Source: an uncultured Gemmatimonadaceae bacterium | GTDB taxonomy: Bacteria; Gemmatimonadota; Gemmatimonadetes; Gemmatimonadales; Gemmatimonadaceae | Assembly: GCA_963781585.1 (NCBI GenBank) | Contig: CAWAGQ010000006.1 | Span: 32,001 to 96,000, forward strand | Reading direction: 5' to 3' | DNA length: 64,000 bases | Shown: in pieces, positions 1-8,097 of the stretch | Numbering within the stretch: the stretch's first letter is position 1 | How the letters are laid out: each line of letters begins with the position of its first letter | Notes under the pieces: model-generated | Databases searched by the model: none | What the model was told of the DNA's origin: nothing | What the model saw: only the letters and a program-made list of their open reading frames with translations | Program-made: the position numbers and the translations under genes

Positions 1-191
1 AGGATGTGGCGACCGAGATCGAGCAGCGCCTCCAGCGCACGGCGCAGGAATGATTCGGCGGCGGCGACCGTTCGAGGATCGGCGCGAAAGTCGGCGGCAT
101 CCAGCGGCAGCGCGCGAATCGCCGCGATCATGCGTCGAATCCGCGCCGCCCGGTCGGCCACGACGCCCGCGCTGATCGGCGCCGGCGTCAT
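1..191 (-). CDS. HEPN/DUF86 (HepT-like) ribonuclease toxin, N-terminal part; runs off the window edge
   Basis: Own translation from ATG at 191: MTPAPISAGVVADRAARIRRMIAAIRALPLDAADFRADPRTVAAAESFLRRALEALLDLGRHI, DUF86-like; ATGA overlap with the MNT gene stop. Confidence 0.75.
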   Translation of the reverse strand, partial: MTPAPISAGVVADRAARIRRMIAAIRALPLDAADFRADPRTVAAAESFLRRALEALLDLGRHI

Positions 192-625
192 CGTCCGCCG
201 CCGCGCAACACGAGCTCCCGCCGCTCGCGCTCCAGCGGGGCCAGATCGCCAGCGCGGCGCAGAATGAACAACTCGTACTCTGCCTGATCGACCGGATCCG
301 CGCGGTAAAGCAGATTGCCCCGGATGACCGCCAACGCGAGGAACGGGCCCGCCTCCGTCACGACCAGCAGATCCACCTGTTTCACCCCAAGGGCATGCTC
401 GAGCGCGAGCGTCAACTCGACGCGTTCTGCCGGAGTCAACAGGCGATCGCGCACCGGTCTGACGGCGATATCGACGTCGGAGTCGGTCTGGGCCGCGGTA
501 TCGGCGTGCGGGGCGCCGGTCGCGATCTCGCCGGCGCGGCTGCCGAAGACGTAGATGTCGGCCAGGCCGAACTGCGTGGCGATCGCTTCGAGCCGCACCG
601 GAGGGCTCTCGCTGGTGGGTGCCAT
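188..625 (-). CDS. Minimal nucleotidyltransferase (MntA-like antitoxin)
   Basis: YVFGSRA...DSDVDIAV and VDLLV motifs; start taken at MAPTSES (625); coupled to the HEPN gene. Confidence 0.85.
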   Translation of the reverse strand: MAPTSESPPVRLEAIATQFGLADIYVFGSRAGEIATGAPHADTAAQTDSDVDIAVRPVRDRLLTPAERVELTLALEHALGVKQVDLLVVTEAGPFLALAVIRGNLLYRADPVDQAEYELFILRRAGDLAPLERERRELVLRGGGR

Positions 626-788
626 GGCGGGAATCCTACCCGACGGCGTGGGCGCCGCCAAGTTGGCTTGTGCGGGAGGCCTTCCAGCGCCGATCGCCGG
701 GCCGACGACAGGGACAGCGCCGGCGCTGCGGCTCGATGTCGTCGGTCTTCCTGCCACCGTGGCGCTCGCGTTACAGTCGTTAGGCTCT

Positions 789-1127
789 TCAGGTCGCGAT
801 GATCTCATTGAGTCCGTCGATCACCGACTCGAGGTCCTCAGGTGAGGCGCGGCCCAGACGTCTCCCCAGGCGTTGGACCGAGAGTGTACGGACCTGACTG
901 ATCTTGACCCAGGACCGCTTCGGCAGGCCGCGGCTCTGCAGTTCCAACGTGAGGGGGAAGCCCGCTCGTTGCGGCTGCGACGTGAGTGCCACCGCGATCA
1001 CTGTCCCGGAGCGTTCATTGAACACGTCGTGACTGAGGATCAGAACCGGTCGCAGTCCCGCCTGCTCGCGCCCGCGCGTGGGATTCAGATTGGCCCACCG
1101 GACCTCCCCTCTCAGTATTCGGGCCAT
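789..1127 (-). CDS. PemK/MazF family endoribonuclease toxin
   Basis: RGEVRWANLNPTRGREQAGLRPVLILS signature; start MARILRG at 1127. Confidence 0.93.
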   Translation of the reverse strand: MARILRGEVRWANLNPTRGREQAGLRPVLILSHDVFNERSGTVIAVALTSQPQRAGFPLTLELQSRGLPKRSWVKISQVRTLSVQRLGRRLGRASPEDLESVIDGLNEIIAT

Positions 1128-1354
1128 GCTTGCAGGTCGGCTCCCAACCCTTCGTCCGCGAGGCGTTGCTCGTCCGCGGCCTCCAGTTTGGCGCATTCGG
1201 CGGCCAATTGACGCCGATCCAGCCGTGCCAAGGTGTCGGTCACCGCGGCTTCGATTGCCTGGCTGCGATTCCGGAACTGTGCCGAGCGCACCAGTCGGTC
1301 GAGCCGCTGGAGGGTGGTGGCGTCGAGGGTGACGGCAACCTTGGCTTTCGGCAT
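1112..1354 (-). CDS. Ribbon-helix-helix antitoxin of the MazF pair
   Basis: KVAVTLD...LDRLV...NRSQAIEAAV RHH pattern, C-terminal WPEY; overlaps the toxin start. Confidence 0.85.
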   Translation of the reverse strand: MPKAKVAVTLDATTLQRLDRLVRSAQFRNRSQAIEAAVTDTLARLDRRQLAAECAKLEAADEQRLADEGLGADLQAWPEY

Positions 1355-1367
1355 CAGGACCTGCTCA

Positions 1368-1390
1368 GAGTATGATGTTTCATCATACTC
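1368..1390. promoter_or_regulatory. Probable TA autorepression operator
   Basis: Perfect inverted repeat GAGTATGATG-TTT-CATCATACTC 13 nt upstream of the antitoxin ATG. Confidence 0.7.
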
Positions 1391-1562
1391 GATCTGATCG
1401 CCCCCCGTCAACCTGTGGGGCGGTCACGCCCGTCGTTCGTCATCGCGGCTCGGCGAGCTCAATGGCGGCTCTTGAACCGCTGATGATGTGCGAGAGTCCG
1501 GCTGTTGGGAATCTGCCCGTGTGCCTGCCTGCTGATGCCCCCGGGCAGTCCGGTTTCACAAG

Positions 1563-1627
1563 TTCTCCAGAAATCCACGCCCTTTGCCAGAAATTGACGT
1601 TGTGTGCCTGATTGACCGTACCATAAT
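1563..1627 (+). promoter_or_regulatory. Direct-repeat promoter motif, copy 1
   Basis: CCAGAAAT at 1567 and 1587 (20 bp period), then TGACGT, then -10-like CATAAT at 1622. Confidence 0.7.
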
Positions 1628-1785
1628 GTACGAGCCCGCGACGGCGCGAGCATGATGAGTCAGCGATGGCGCGAGCAATTGCCGGGTCAGCCGCAAATGG
1701 TACGGCCATACGGCTGTCGATTCCTGACATCCATGTCGTGGCGACTGCCGCGAACGGCGCGCTAATTCTTCTGGAGGACACTGTC

Positions 1786-2076
1786 ATGACGGATCATCGA
1801 CTTCTGGTTCGGGCTGGGGTAGTCTTCGTGATTGGGCTGATCGCGATGCAAACGGGTCCCTCCAGTGCGCGCGCCGCCCCCGTTCTCGATGGATGCGATA
1901 GTCACGCGGCCTGCGCCTGTACGACGCTGGAGCCCGACTGCTTCTGGCTTGAGTACTTCGGTGAAGGCGACGCCGCCTGCCACGCCGCAGGCCTCGGCGA
2001 CTACTTGGGCTGCGTCGATCCACCGAATGAGATGTGCGGTGGTCAAGCGCTGATGGTGCGCTGTAACGTGGAGTGA
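1786..2076 (+). CDS. Small secreted Cys-rich peptide 1 (96 aa, 8 Cys)
   Basis: GGAGG RBS before ATG 1786; signal peptide ending ARA-A; acidic mature part with 8 Cys. Confidence 0.75.
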   Translation: MTDHRLLVRAGVVFVIGLIAMQTGPSSARAAPVLDGCDSHAACACTTLEPDCFWLEYFGEGDAACHAAGLGDYLGCVDPPNEMCGGQALMVRCNVE

Positions 2077-2132
2077 TCAATGGCACTCCCTGCATGATCT
2101 TGCTGGAACCTGAGCACTCGGTGTCGGAGGTA

Positions 2133-2939
2133 ATGCTCGCCTCGGCACGCCGTGGCCAGTTGATTCAAGCGAGGCTTGGTGCGGCAGCCATACTCCTGGC
2201 CCAATCGGCTGCGGCGCAAAGCGGCAGCCTGATCGGACGCATCTCGTCGGACTCCCTCAGGGGCGGCGCCATTGCGGCGGAAATCACCCTGCCGGCGCTT
2301 CACGCCGTCGCACACACGGACTCCCGCGGCCGCTACCGGGTAAGCGGGCTCGTGCCGGGACGGTATCTGGTCGAGGCACGGGCCGTCGGATTCAAGATGT
2401 CGGCCGACAGTGTGGACATTCCACGATCTGGGGAGGCGGTGCACGACTTCGCCCTCACGCGGTTTGTCGCCGCGCTGCCTCCCGTCGTGACGACGACTCC
2501 GGAAGTCCGGTACGTGTCGCCGGGGCTGCGGGGCTTCGAGACACGACGCCATCGCGGCTTCGGCCACTTCCTTGCCGAGGACATGCTTCGGAAGCATGAC
2601 GATGACCGGCTGTCCGATCTGTTGAGCACGCGGATCCCAGGGCTGTCAGTACAGCGCGCGAGCCAGAACGCGGCGTATGTCGCGTCGAGCCGGAAGCCGG
2701 AGGGTGGCGTTCGAGCCTTCGGCGGCGGTGGCCGGCCGATTCCCTGCTACGCGACGATCTACCTGGACGGTGCACTCCTCTACGACCCGACGCTCTCCGC
2801 GCAGCCGCCGCCCGACATCAACCAATTCACTGTCCATCAGTTGGGCGGGGTCGAGTTCTACGCAGGTTCGGCCACCACGCCGGAAGGGTTCAGGGTTTCG
2901 CCCTGCGGCACGCTGTTGCTGTGGACGCGTGAGCGCTGA
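2133..2939 (+). CDS. Secreted carboxypeptidase-regulatory-like domain + TonB-plug-like protein without barrel
   Basis: GGAGG RBS; signal peptide (SAAA-Q); TDSRGRY...LVPGRYLVEARAVGF; C-terminal IYLDG...GVEFYAG...CGTLLLWT. Confidence 0.75.
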   Translation: MLASARRGQLIQARLGAAAILLAQSAAAQSGSLIGRISSDSLRGGAIAAEITLPALHAVAHTDSRGRYRVSGLVPGRYLVEARAVGFKMSADSVDIPRSGEAVHDFALTRFVAALPPVVTTTPEVRYVSPGLRGFETRRHRGFGHFLAEDMLRKHDDDRLSDLLSTRIPGLSVQRASQNAAYVASSRKPEGGVRAFGGGGRPIPCYATIYLDGALLYDPTLSAQPPPDINQFTVHQLGGVEFYAGSATTPEGFRVSPCGTLLLWTRER

Positions 2940-3264
2940 CTCGCGCGCATCCGTCCCACCCAGCATTCCTGTAACGATCGCACCGGGCGATCTCGCCACG
3001 TGGTCGCCGACTCGGGCCGGACCGTGAGTCTGTCCCCTCCTCCCGCAGGCTGTCCCGCGCGAATCACACTGACCTGAACGGGCGCGTGTCGGACGACCCT
3101 GAGCCAGACACGCGGGCCGATGGTCCAGACACTGGAAGTGATCCGGGACGTGACGACGCCAGAGTTCTGGCAGGCTTGACTCCGGAAGCCGGGACGTCGC
3201 AGAGTGTGGGGGAGCGGCTTCCGCGCTTGCGCGACCGCCTCGTCGTCATGCAGGTGAGGTATCG

Positions 3265-4125
3265 ATGTCCACTTCATCCTCGTCGCGGTCAGTGCCTGAC
3301 ACAGGCTCACGGCGGGGAGCGGGCGACCGCGTTTCGCTCGAACAGCAGGTGCCCCGGGTGCCTGAGATCGTCGTGGACCTGGAAGCGCGCCCGCTGTGGA
3401 ACGAGATGGCGGAGGCGTTGGGCGCGATTACGGCGCGATTCATCGACGTGGCCGCAGCGGTACGCGAGGTCGATTCCGACGATGTTGGGCCTGCCTCCCT
3501 CGTCCTGTTGAGCGGGCGCACTGCGGACGGCGCGCCGAGCGAGCTGACGGTGCGCCGGCTGCGGACGCTGAACGTACACGTGCCCGTGTTGGTCGCCGTG
3601 GTCAACGTTCGGATGCGCGACGTTCCGGTGAAGGCCTACGCGCGCGCCGGCGTCGATGCCCTCTTCCTGATGGACATTCCCTTCGAGCGTGGGGAATTCG
3701 TGAAGGAGCTGCGCGCGCGACTCACGCTGCCCGTCCCTGCGCGCCTGCTCGATGCCCTCGGACGACTCCTCAGGCCGGGGGTCGGCAGGACGATCGGGTG
3801 CTGGTGCATGCGCAATGCTACGCGGACGTGTCCCGTGCGTCGCGTGGTCGACTACTTCCGAGTCGATGAGAGGCGGCTGGATAAGGAGGTGGAGACCCTC
3901 GGCCTTCCCCCGGTGGGGACGCTTCTCAGGCTCGGGTGTCACCATCGTGCGCTCGAGCTGGAAGCGAGCGGCGCGCTCTCCATGGAAGGGATTGCGGAGC
4001 AACTGGGTTTTCCCGACGCCAAGTCGCTGGCAGCAATGCGGCGGCACCTGCGAGGGTCACCACGTCTGGCAGCAGTCGCGTCGCCCATTCGGGAGCTTCT
4101 GATGATGGGGTTGGAGGAAGTTTAA
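3265..4125 (+). CDS. AraC-like HTH transcriptional regulator with degenerate receiver-like N-terminus
   Basis: C-terminal SMEGIAEQLGFPDAKSLAAMRRH resembles the second AraC HTH; VPVLV...AGVDALF is receiver-like; start uncertain. Confidence 0.7.
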   Translation: MSTSSSSRSVPDTGSRRGAGDRVSLEQQVPRVPEIVVDLEARPLWNEMAEALGAITARFIDVAAAVREVDSDDVGPASLVLLSGRTADGAPSELTVRRLRTLNVHVPVLVAVVNVRMRDVPVKAYARAGVDALFLMDIPFERGEFVKELRARLTLPVPARLLDALGRLLRPGVGRTIGCWCMRNATRTCPVRRVVDYFRVDERRLDKEVETLGLPPVGTLLRLGCHHRALELEASGALSMEGIAEQLGFPDAKSLAAMRRHLRGSPRLAAVASPIRELLMMGLEEV

Positions 4126-4258
4126 GGGCCATCGCAGGGTGCGGTGTACCACACCGGCATAGCCGGATGTGACGACAACGTGGCGCCACGGGACCGGTGA
4201 CTTCACGCGTTCAAATATTCTCCAGAAAGTTGCGCCATTCGCCAGAAAGTGACGTGGT
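4001..4258 (+). repeat. Direct repeat copy A (regulator 3' end plus downstream promoter)
   Basis: AACTGGGTTTTCC(C/T)GACGCCAAGTCGCTGGCAGCAATGCGGCGGCACCTGCG and further blocks shared with 6505-6765. Confidence 0.9.
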
Positions 4259-4284
4259 GTGCTGGGGGCTGCCAGTCGTAGCTT
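4218..4284 (+). promoter_or_regulatory. Direct-repeat promoter motif, copy 2
   Basis: CCAGAAAGT at 4222 and 4242 (20 bp period), GACGT, -10-like TAGCTT at 4279. Confidence 0.7.
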
Positions 4285-4334
4285 GGCACAACATGATGTT
4301 ATCCGTGAACTCTTGAACGGCATGGAGGCGTATC

Positions 4335-4595
4335 ATGTCGCAGCATCCCGTGCTCGTGCGCGCCGCGTTAGTGGTATTGATCGCGGCATTGTCGCTTATC
4401 TCACCGGCCCGCGCCGTTGCCGGCTCGGCGATGGTCTGCGCGACCATTTGCGGTGCTTGGATCATGTGCCCGGACGAGTTCGACCGCGACAACATGTGCT
4501 TCCAAGCTTGCGGCACCTTTTCGGTGACGGGGTGCTACATCTCCGGGGATCCAGGCTGCGAGCCTGGTTGGATTGCCTTCGACTGCGCCGGATAG
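4335..4595 (+). CDS. Small secreted Cys-rich peptide 2 (86 aa, 8 Cys)
   Basis: GGAGG RBS; signal peptide ending ARA/AVA; acidic mature part with 8 Cys. Confidence 0.8.
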   Translation: MSQHPVLVRAALVVLIAALSLISPARAVAGSAMVCATICGAWIMCPDEFDRDNMCFQACGTFSVTGCYISGDPGCEPGWIAFDCAG

Positions 4596-4703
4596 ACGGT
4601 CGTTCGTTAGGGCTCTCTACCCTACCGCACGAGGTCGTTGCTGGGCGGTACGCTCAACAGCGGGTCGAAAAGAGACCCGGCGCTCTTGACTGAGGACGCG
4701 GTT

Positions 4704-5405
4704 ATGCGTGATCGACTCGACAGGTGGGCGACGCCGGTCCTGCTGCTCGTGGCGCTCATAATGGCGGGAGCGGCATTGCGGCGGGAACTGCGAACACCGG
4801 CCACCGTCGCCGCAGCTAATAGCCGTCCAATAGCGCCGCCTCAGTATTATACGGAGTGGATGGGTCTCCTAGCGAGCGGCGTGCTCATCGGGGACTCCGC
4901 CGCGCCAGTGAAGGTGATCGAGTTCGCCGATCTTGAGTGCCCCGTCTGCCGGCAGTTTCACGAAAGATTGGCTGAGACACGGAGAAAGTTCCGCGACAAG
5001 GTCGCTATCGTTTTTGTCCATTACCCGCTATCATATCATCGCTTTGCACGCCCCGCGGCCCGCGCCGCCGAGTGTGCCTCGAGACAAGATAGGTTTGCCG
5101 AGTATGTGGACGTCGTCTACCGAAAACAAGATTCGCTCGGGTTGAAGTCGTGGGCGTCCTACGGTTCTGACGCGGCAGTCGCAGACACCGGCGCCCTCGC
5201 CCTCTGTGCGAGAGATACTGCACAGGTGACGCGGATCGAGCGGGGCGTGCAACTGGGATCGCATCTGGAAGTCCGTGGCACTCCTACAGTGCTGGTCAAC
5301 GGTTGGCGCTTCGCTGAGCCGCCGGGCGATTCAGTGCTGACTGAAGCAATTGCGAGGCTCCTAGCCGGCAAGTCGCTGTCGGCCAGACGCGCGACGGGTT
5401 CCTAA
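4704..5405 (+). CDS. Membrane-anchored DsbA/thioredoxin-fold oxidoreductase 1
   Basis: N-terminal TM, EFADLECPVC active site, cis-Pro loop GTPT. Confidence 0.9.
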   Translation: MRDRLDRWATPVLLLVALIMAGAALRRELRTPATVAAANSRPIAPPQYYTEWMGLLASGVLIGDSAAPVKVIEFADLECPVCRQFHERLAETRRKFRDKVAIVFVHYPLSYHRFARPAARAAECASRQDRFAEYVDVVYRKQDSLGLKSWASYGSDAAVADTGALALCARDTAQVTRIERGVQLGSHLEVRGTPTVLVNGWRFAEPPGDSVLTEAIARLLAGKSLSARRATGS

Positions 5406-5407
5406 GC

Positions 5408-6505
5408 GTGACGATGCACGACAGCCAACCTGCGCTTTCTCACCACGGCGGCTCTCGCACGGGCCGAGGTGTCTTCAAAGGTGCGCAGGTTCGAGTGGAA
5501 CCGCGGCGATTGCCCGCTCGGAGCACGAACAAATGTGGGGGTGAGACGCCGGTCGAATCGCTCGGCAGCTGGACAACTCGCTTCGTCAAGAGCGTCATTA
5601 CACTCGTGCGCCGATGTATCTCGAGCCCTCGGCTGCACGCGGTCGTATGTCTCGCACTGGGACTACCGGAGACGAAGAACGAGGCTCTGGCCCAGTCGCC
5701 GAAGCTCACTGTTTCCGTTCTGGTCTCCGATACCGTGCGGAAGGGTCTCGCGGACGTAGAGGTGTTCCTCATCCAAGACACGATCGGCGCCGTCATCGCG
5801 GGACGCACTGACGCGGCTGGGCGCTACGTGTTTGCGATCGATGCGGGCAGCGGTCACTACGCTGTTGCCGCCAGGAAGGTCGGCTTCTCTCCTGCCCGAA
5901 CCGACGTTCCGTCAACGCGCCAGGACACCGTTCAACTTGAACTCGTGCTCCTCGCCGTGCCCGCGATCGAGCTGGATCCTGTCCGCATCGCCGCTGCGCC
6001 ACGCGGCAAGAACTACTTTCTCGACTCCGCGGAGATCGCGCGCACAACTCGCCGTACCATTCTGAACGCCTACGATGCGCTGCGGAGACTGCGGCCGGAC
6101 ATGCTGGGCGATCGCGGACGATGCCAGGAGCCCGTCGATAATGTCTGGGTGAACGGGCGCCGCGTGCTCTGGATGGCGCGATTTCAGCCGGGTTATCCTT
6201 CGACGTCTGCGCTCACGAGTTCCGCCAGGCGAGGGACTGTGGTGCGAGTCGCCGCGTCAAGGGAACCCGCCATCGTCGACTCGATCCTGGCCTCGATCAA
6301 GAGGGAGCACATCGCGGAGATCCGATACGTGAACTGCTGGGACCACTCAATGGCTGGAATGGGCACGAGCAACGCGGTTTTCGTCGTCCTGAAGCCGGGC
6401 GTGGCGTTCGACTGGTTTCGAGGGAGCTATGTCGATACGGCGGACACGCTTCCCAGAAGACCTCCCCAACGACTGGAGCTGACCCGACTTCGTAGAGAGA
6501 GCTGA
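5408..6505 (+). CDS. Carboxypeptidase-regulatory-like domain + plug-like protein
   Basis: TDAAGRY...YAVAARKVGF; YDALRRLRPDML...VWVNG...IAEIRY; true start probably further downstream. Confidence 0.65.
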   Translation: MTMHDSQPALSHHGGSRTGRGVFKGAQVRVEPRRLPARSTNKCGGETPVESLGSWTTRFVKSVITLVRRCISSPRLHAVVCLALGLPETKNEALAQSPKLTVSVLVSDTVRKGLADVEVFLIQDTIGAVIAGRTDAAGRYVFAIDAGSGHYAVAARKVGFSPARTDVPSTRQDTVQLELVLLAVPAIELDPVRIAAAPRGKNYFLDSAEIARTTRRTILNAYDALRRLRPDMLGDRGRCQEPVDNVWVNGRRVLWMARFQPGYPSTSALTSSARRGTVVRVAASREPAIVDSILASIKREHIAEIRYVNCWDHSMAGMGTSNAVFVVLKPGVAFDWFRGSYVDTADTLPRRPPQRLELTRLRRES

Positions 6506-6765
6506 ACTGGGTTTTCCTGACGCCAAGTCGCTGGCAGCAATGCGGCGGCACCTGCGCCGCTCACCGCCCTTGAAAGCAGTAGCGCCGCCCATTCGGAAGC
6601 TTCTGATGATGGGGTTGGGCCAGAGGCGCACGGATCGGTAGTCTGACAGGGCGGTGTGGCGCCATCTCCAGAACGTGACGAGCAAACGCGGCTCCACCGG
6701 TCCTGCCCTCCACCGATTCGAATCTTCTCCAGAATGTTGCGCCATTCGCCAGAAAGTGACGTGGT
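6505..6765 (+). repeat. Direct repeat copy B
   Basis: Diverged copy of 4001-4258. Confidence 0.9.
6507..6641 (+). pseudogene. Orphan 3' fragment of a paralog of the AraC-like regulator
   Basis: Translates LGFPDAKSLAAMRRHLRRSPPLKAVAPPIRKLLMMGLGQRRTDR*, matching the C-terminus of 3265..4125; 5' part absent. Confidence 0.8.
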
Positions 6766-6790
6766 AGCTTTGCAGTGCCAAGCCTATCCT
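6725..6790 (+). promoter_or_regulatory. Direct-repeat promoter motif, copy 3
   Basis: CCAGAATGT at 6729, CCAGAAAGT at 6749, GACGT, -10-like TATCCT at 6785; extra half-site CCAGAACGTGACG at 6668. Confidence 0.7.
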
Positions 6791-6928
6791 GTGCACACCA
6801 ACGGGCTTGTTAGGGCGACAGGGGCATCGCAGGCGACGCCACGGATGGGTGGCTGCCGTACGCTGCCGCTCGCGCCGTGACCGTAGCAGCGGGACGCCTG
6901 GCGGTACTGGGAGAGGCAGGAGACGCCC

Positions 6929-7579
6929 ATGGTCGTTCGGTCTCGAAGCGGGAGTATTCGAAGCGCCGCGATGGATCTTACGCTGGTTGCCGCCGTGATT
7001 GTGGTGGCGTTCACCGTGGTCTCGAAGAACAGGCCACATCGTGTTCTCATTGCGCAGCGCGACTGGTCCGCGCTTCTCGCGACTGATCTGGTCAGCGGCC
7101 CGCCAACGGCAAAGGTCACCGTGGTGGAGTTCGTGGACTACCAGTGCCCGGTCTGCGCGACGCTGGAGCCCGTTCTGGCCGCGCTCCAACGAGAATACCC
7201 GAAATCTCTTCGTCGCGTTGTGCATCACTTTCCGATCCCGCGATTGCATCCGGACGCCGTATTGGCCTCCGCGGCGGTGCAGTGCGCGGCGCGCCAGGGC
7301 CGCTTCGCACAAATGCACGCCGCCGTACTGGCTCACCAGGAGATGGTCGGGAAGCCCGCTGGCATCGACTCACTTACTCAGCTCGCGAGGATTCCGGATT
7401 ACCCGGCGTTGACAGATTGCATGCGCCTTGCCCGGACGGACACGGTGATCGGTAACGACCGGTCTTTTGGCGCCAGCATCGGTGTGACGGGAACGCCCGC
7501 TTTCATCGTGAATCGGGAGTGGCTCCAGGGCGTGAGCGCGCCCGAATTGAGGACGTTCTTGTTGGCGAGGCTGAACTGA
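6929..7579 (+). CDS. Membrane-anchored DsbA/thioredoxin-fold oxidoreductase 2
   Basis: N-terminal TM, EFVDYQCPVC, GTPAF. Confidence 0.9.
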   Translation: MVVRSRSGSIRSAAMDLTLVAAVIVVAFTVVSKNRPHRVLIAQRDWSALLATDLVSGPPTAKVTVVEFVDYQCPVCATLEPVLAALQREYPKSLRRVVHHFPIPRLHPDAVLASAAVQCAARQGRFAQMHAAVLAHQEMVGKPAGIDSLTQLARIPDYPALTDCMRLARTDTVIGNDRSFGASIGVTGTPAFIVNREWLQGVSAPELRTFLLARLN

Positions 7580-7619
7580 GGATGCGGGAACGTCACCTTC
7601 AGAAAGGGAGGAATTCACG

Positions 7620-7910
7620 ATGTTTACCTATCGCCGCCGGCTACTGATCGCGGCACTCACGATGATCAGCTCCGCCAGTTTGCTCACGCGAACGGCGGCC
7701 TCGATGACCCCTGGTTGCCCTGAGAGCTGGAATGACCCGAATGGAGTGGACGGGTGGTCGCTCATGTTCCTTTGTGGAATGCAGGGGCCCTCCAACACGG
7801 GCTGCTATTACAACGGCATTGCAGACCCTCAGTGGGGCACTCTCAACTGCGACAACTATGAGTTCTATCCGGGCGGGTGTGATCAGCGCGGCTGCATGGT
7901 GACGGATTGA
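7620..7910 (+). CDS. Small secreted Cys-rich peptide 3 (96 aa, 6 Cys)
   Basis: GGAGGA RBS; RRR plus hydrophobic signal; mature part rich in G/N/D/W/Y with 6 Cys. Confidence 0.75.
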   Translation: MFTYRRRLLIAALTMISSASLLTRTAASMTPGCPESWNDPNGVDGWSLMFLCGMQGPSNTGCYYNGIADPQWGTLNCDNYEFYPGGCDQRGCMVTD

Positions 7911-8097
7911 CCATCCAAGGTCGAGCCTGGCGTCGCTGGCCAATCGAAGCGCAGTCTCCATGAAGGCTTAAGGAAGTCTTAATCGTCCTGCAATGGTGTA
8001 ACAACCTGGCGCGCGTATCTTTGGCCTGCGCCGATGTACCATGTCCGCGGCACTCGTCTCTCGACTGGCGCGCGTGCGTGTTTTCTCGGAGGATGAC

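Noticed and set aside
1786..7910. Known RiPP cluster (lanthipeptide, ranthipeptide, MNIO-modified)
   Set aside because: No radical SAM, LanM, YcaO, MNIO or peptidase-transporter gene; peptides have Sec-type signals
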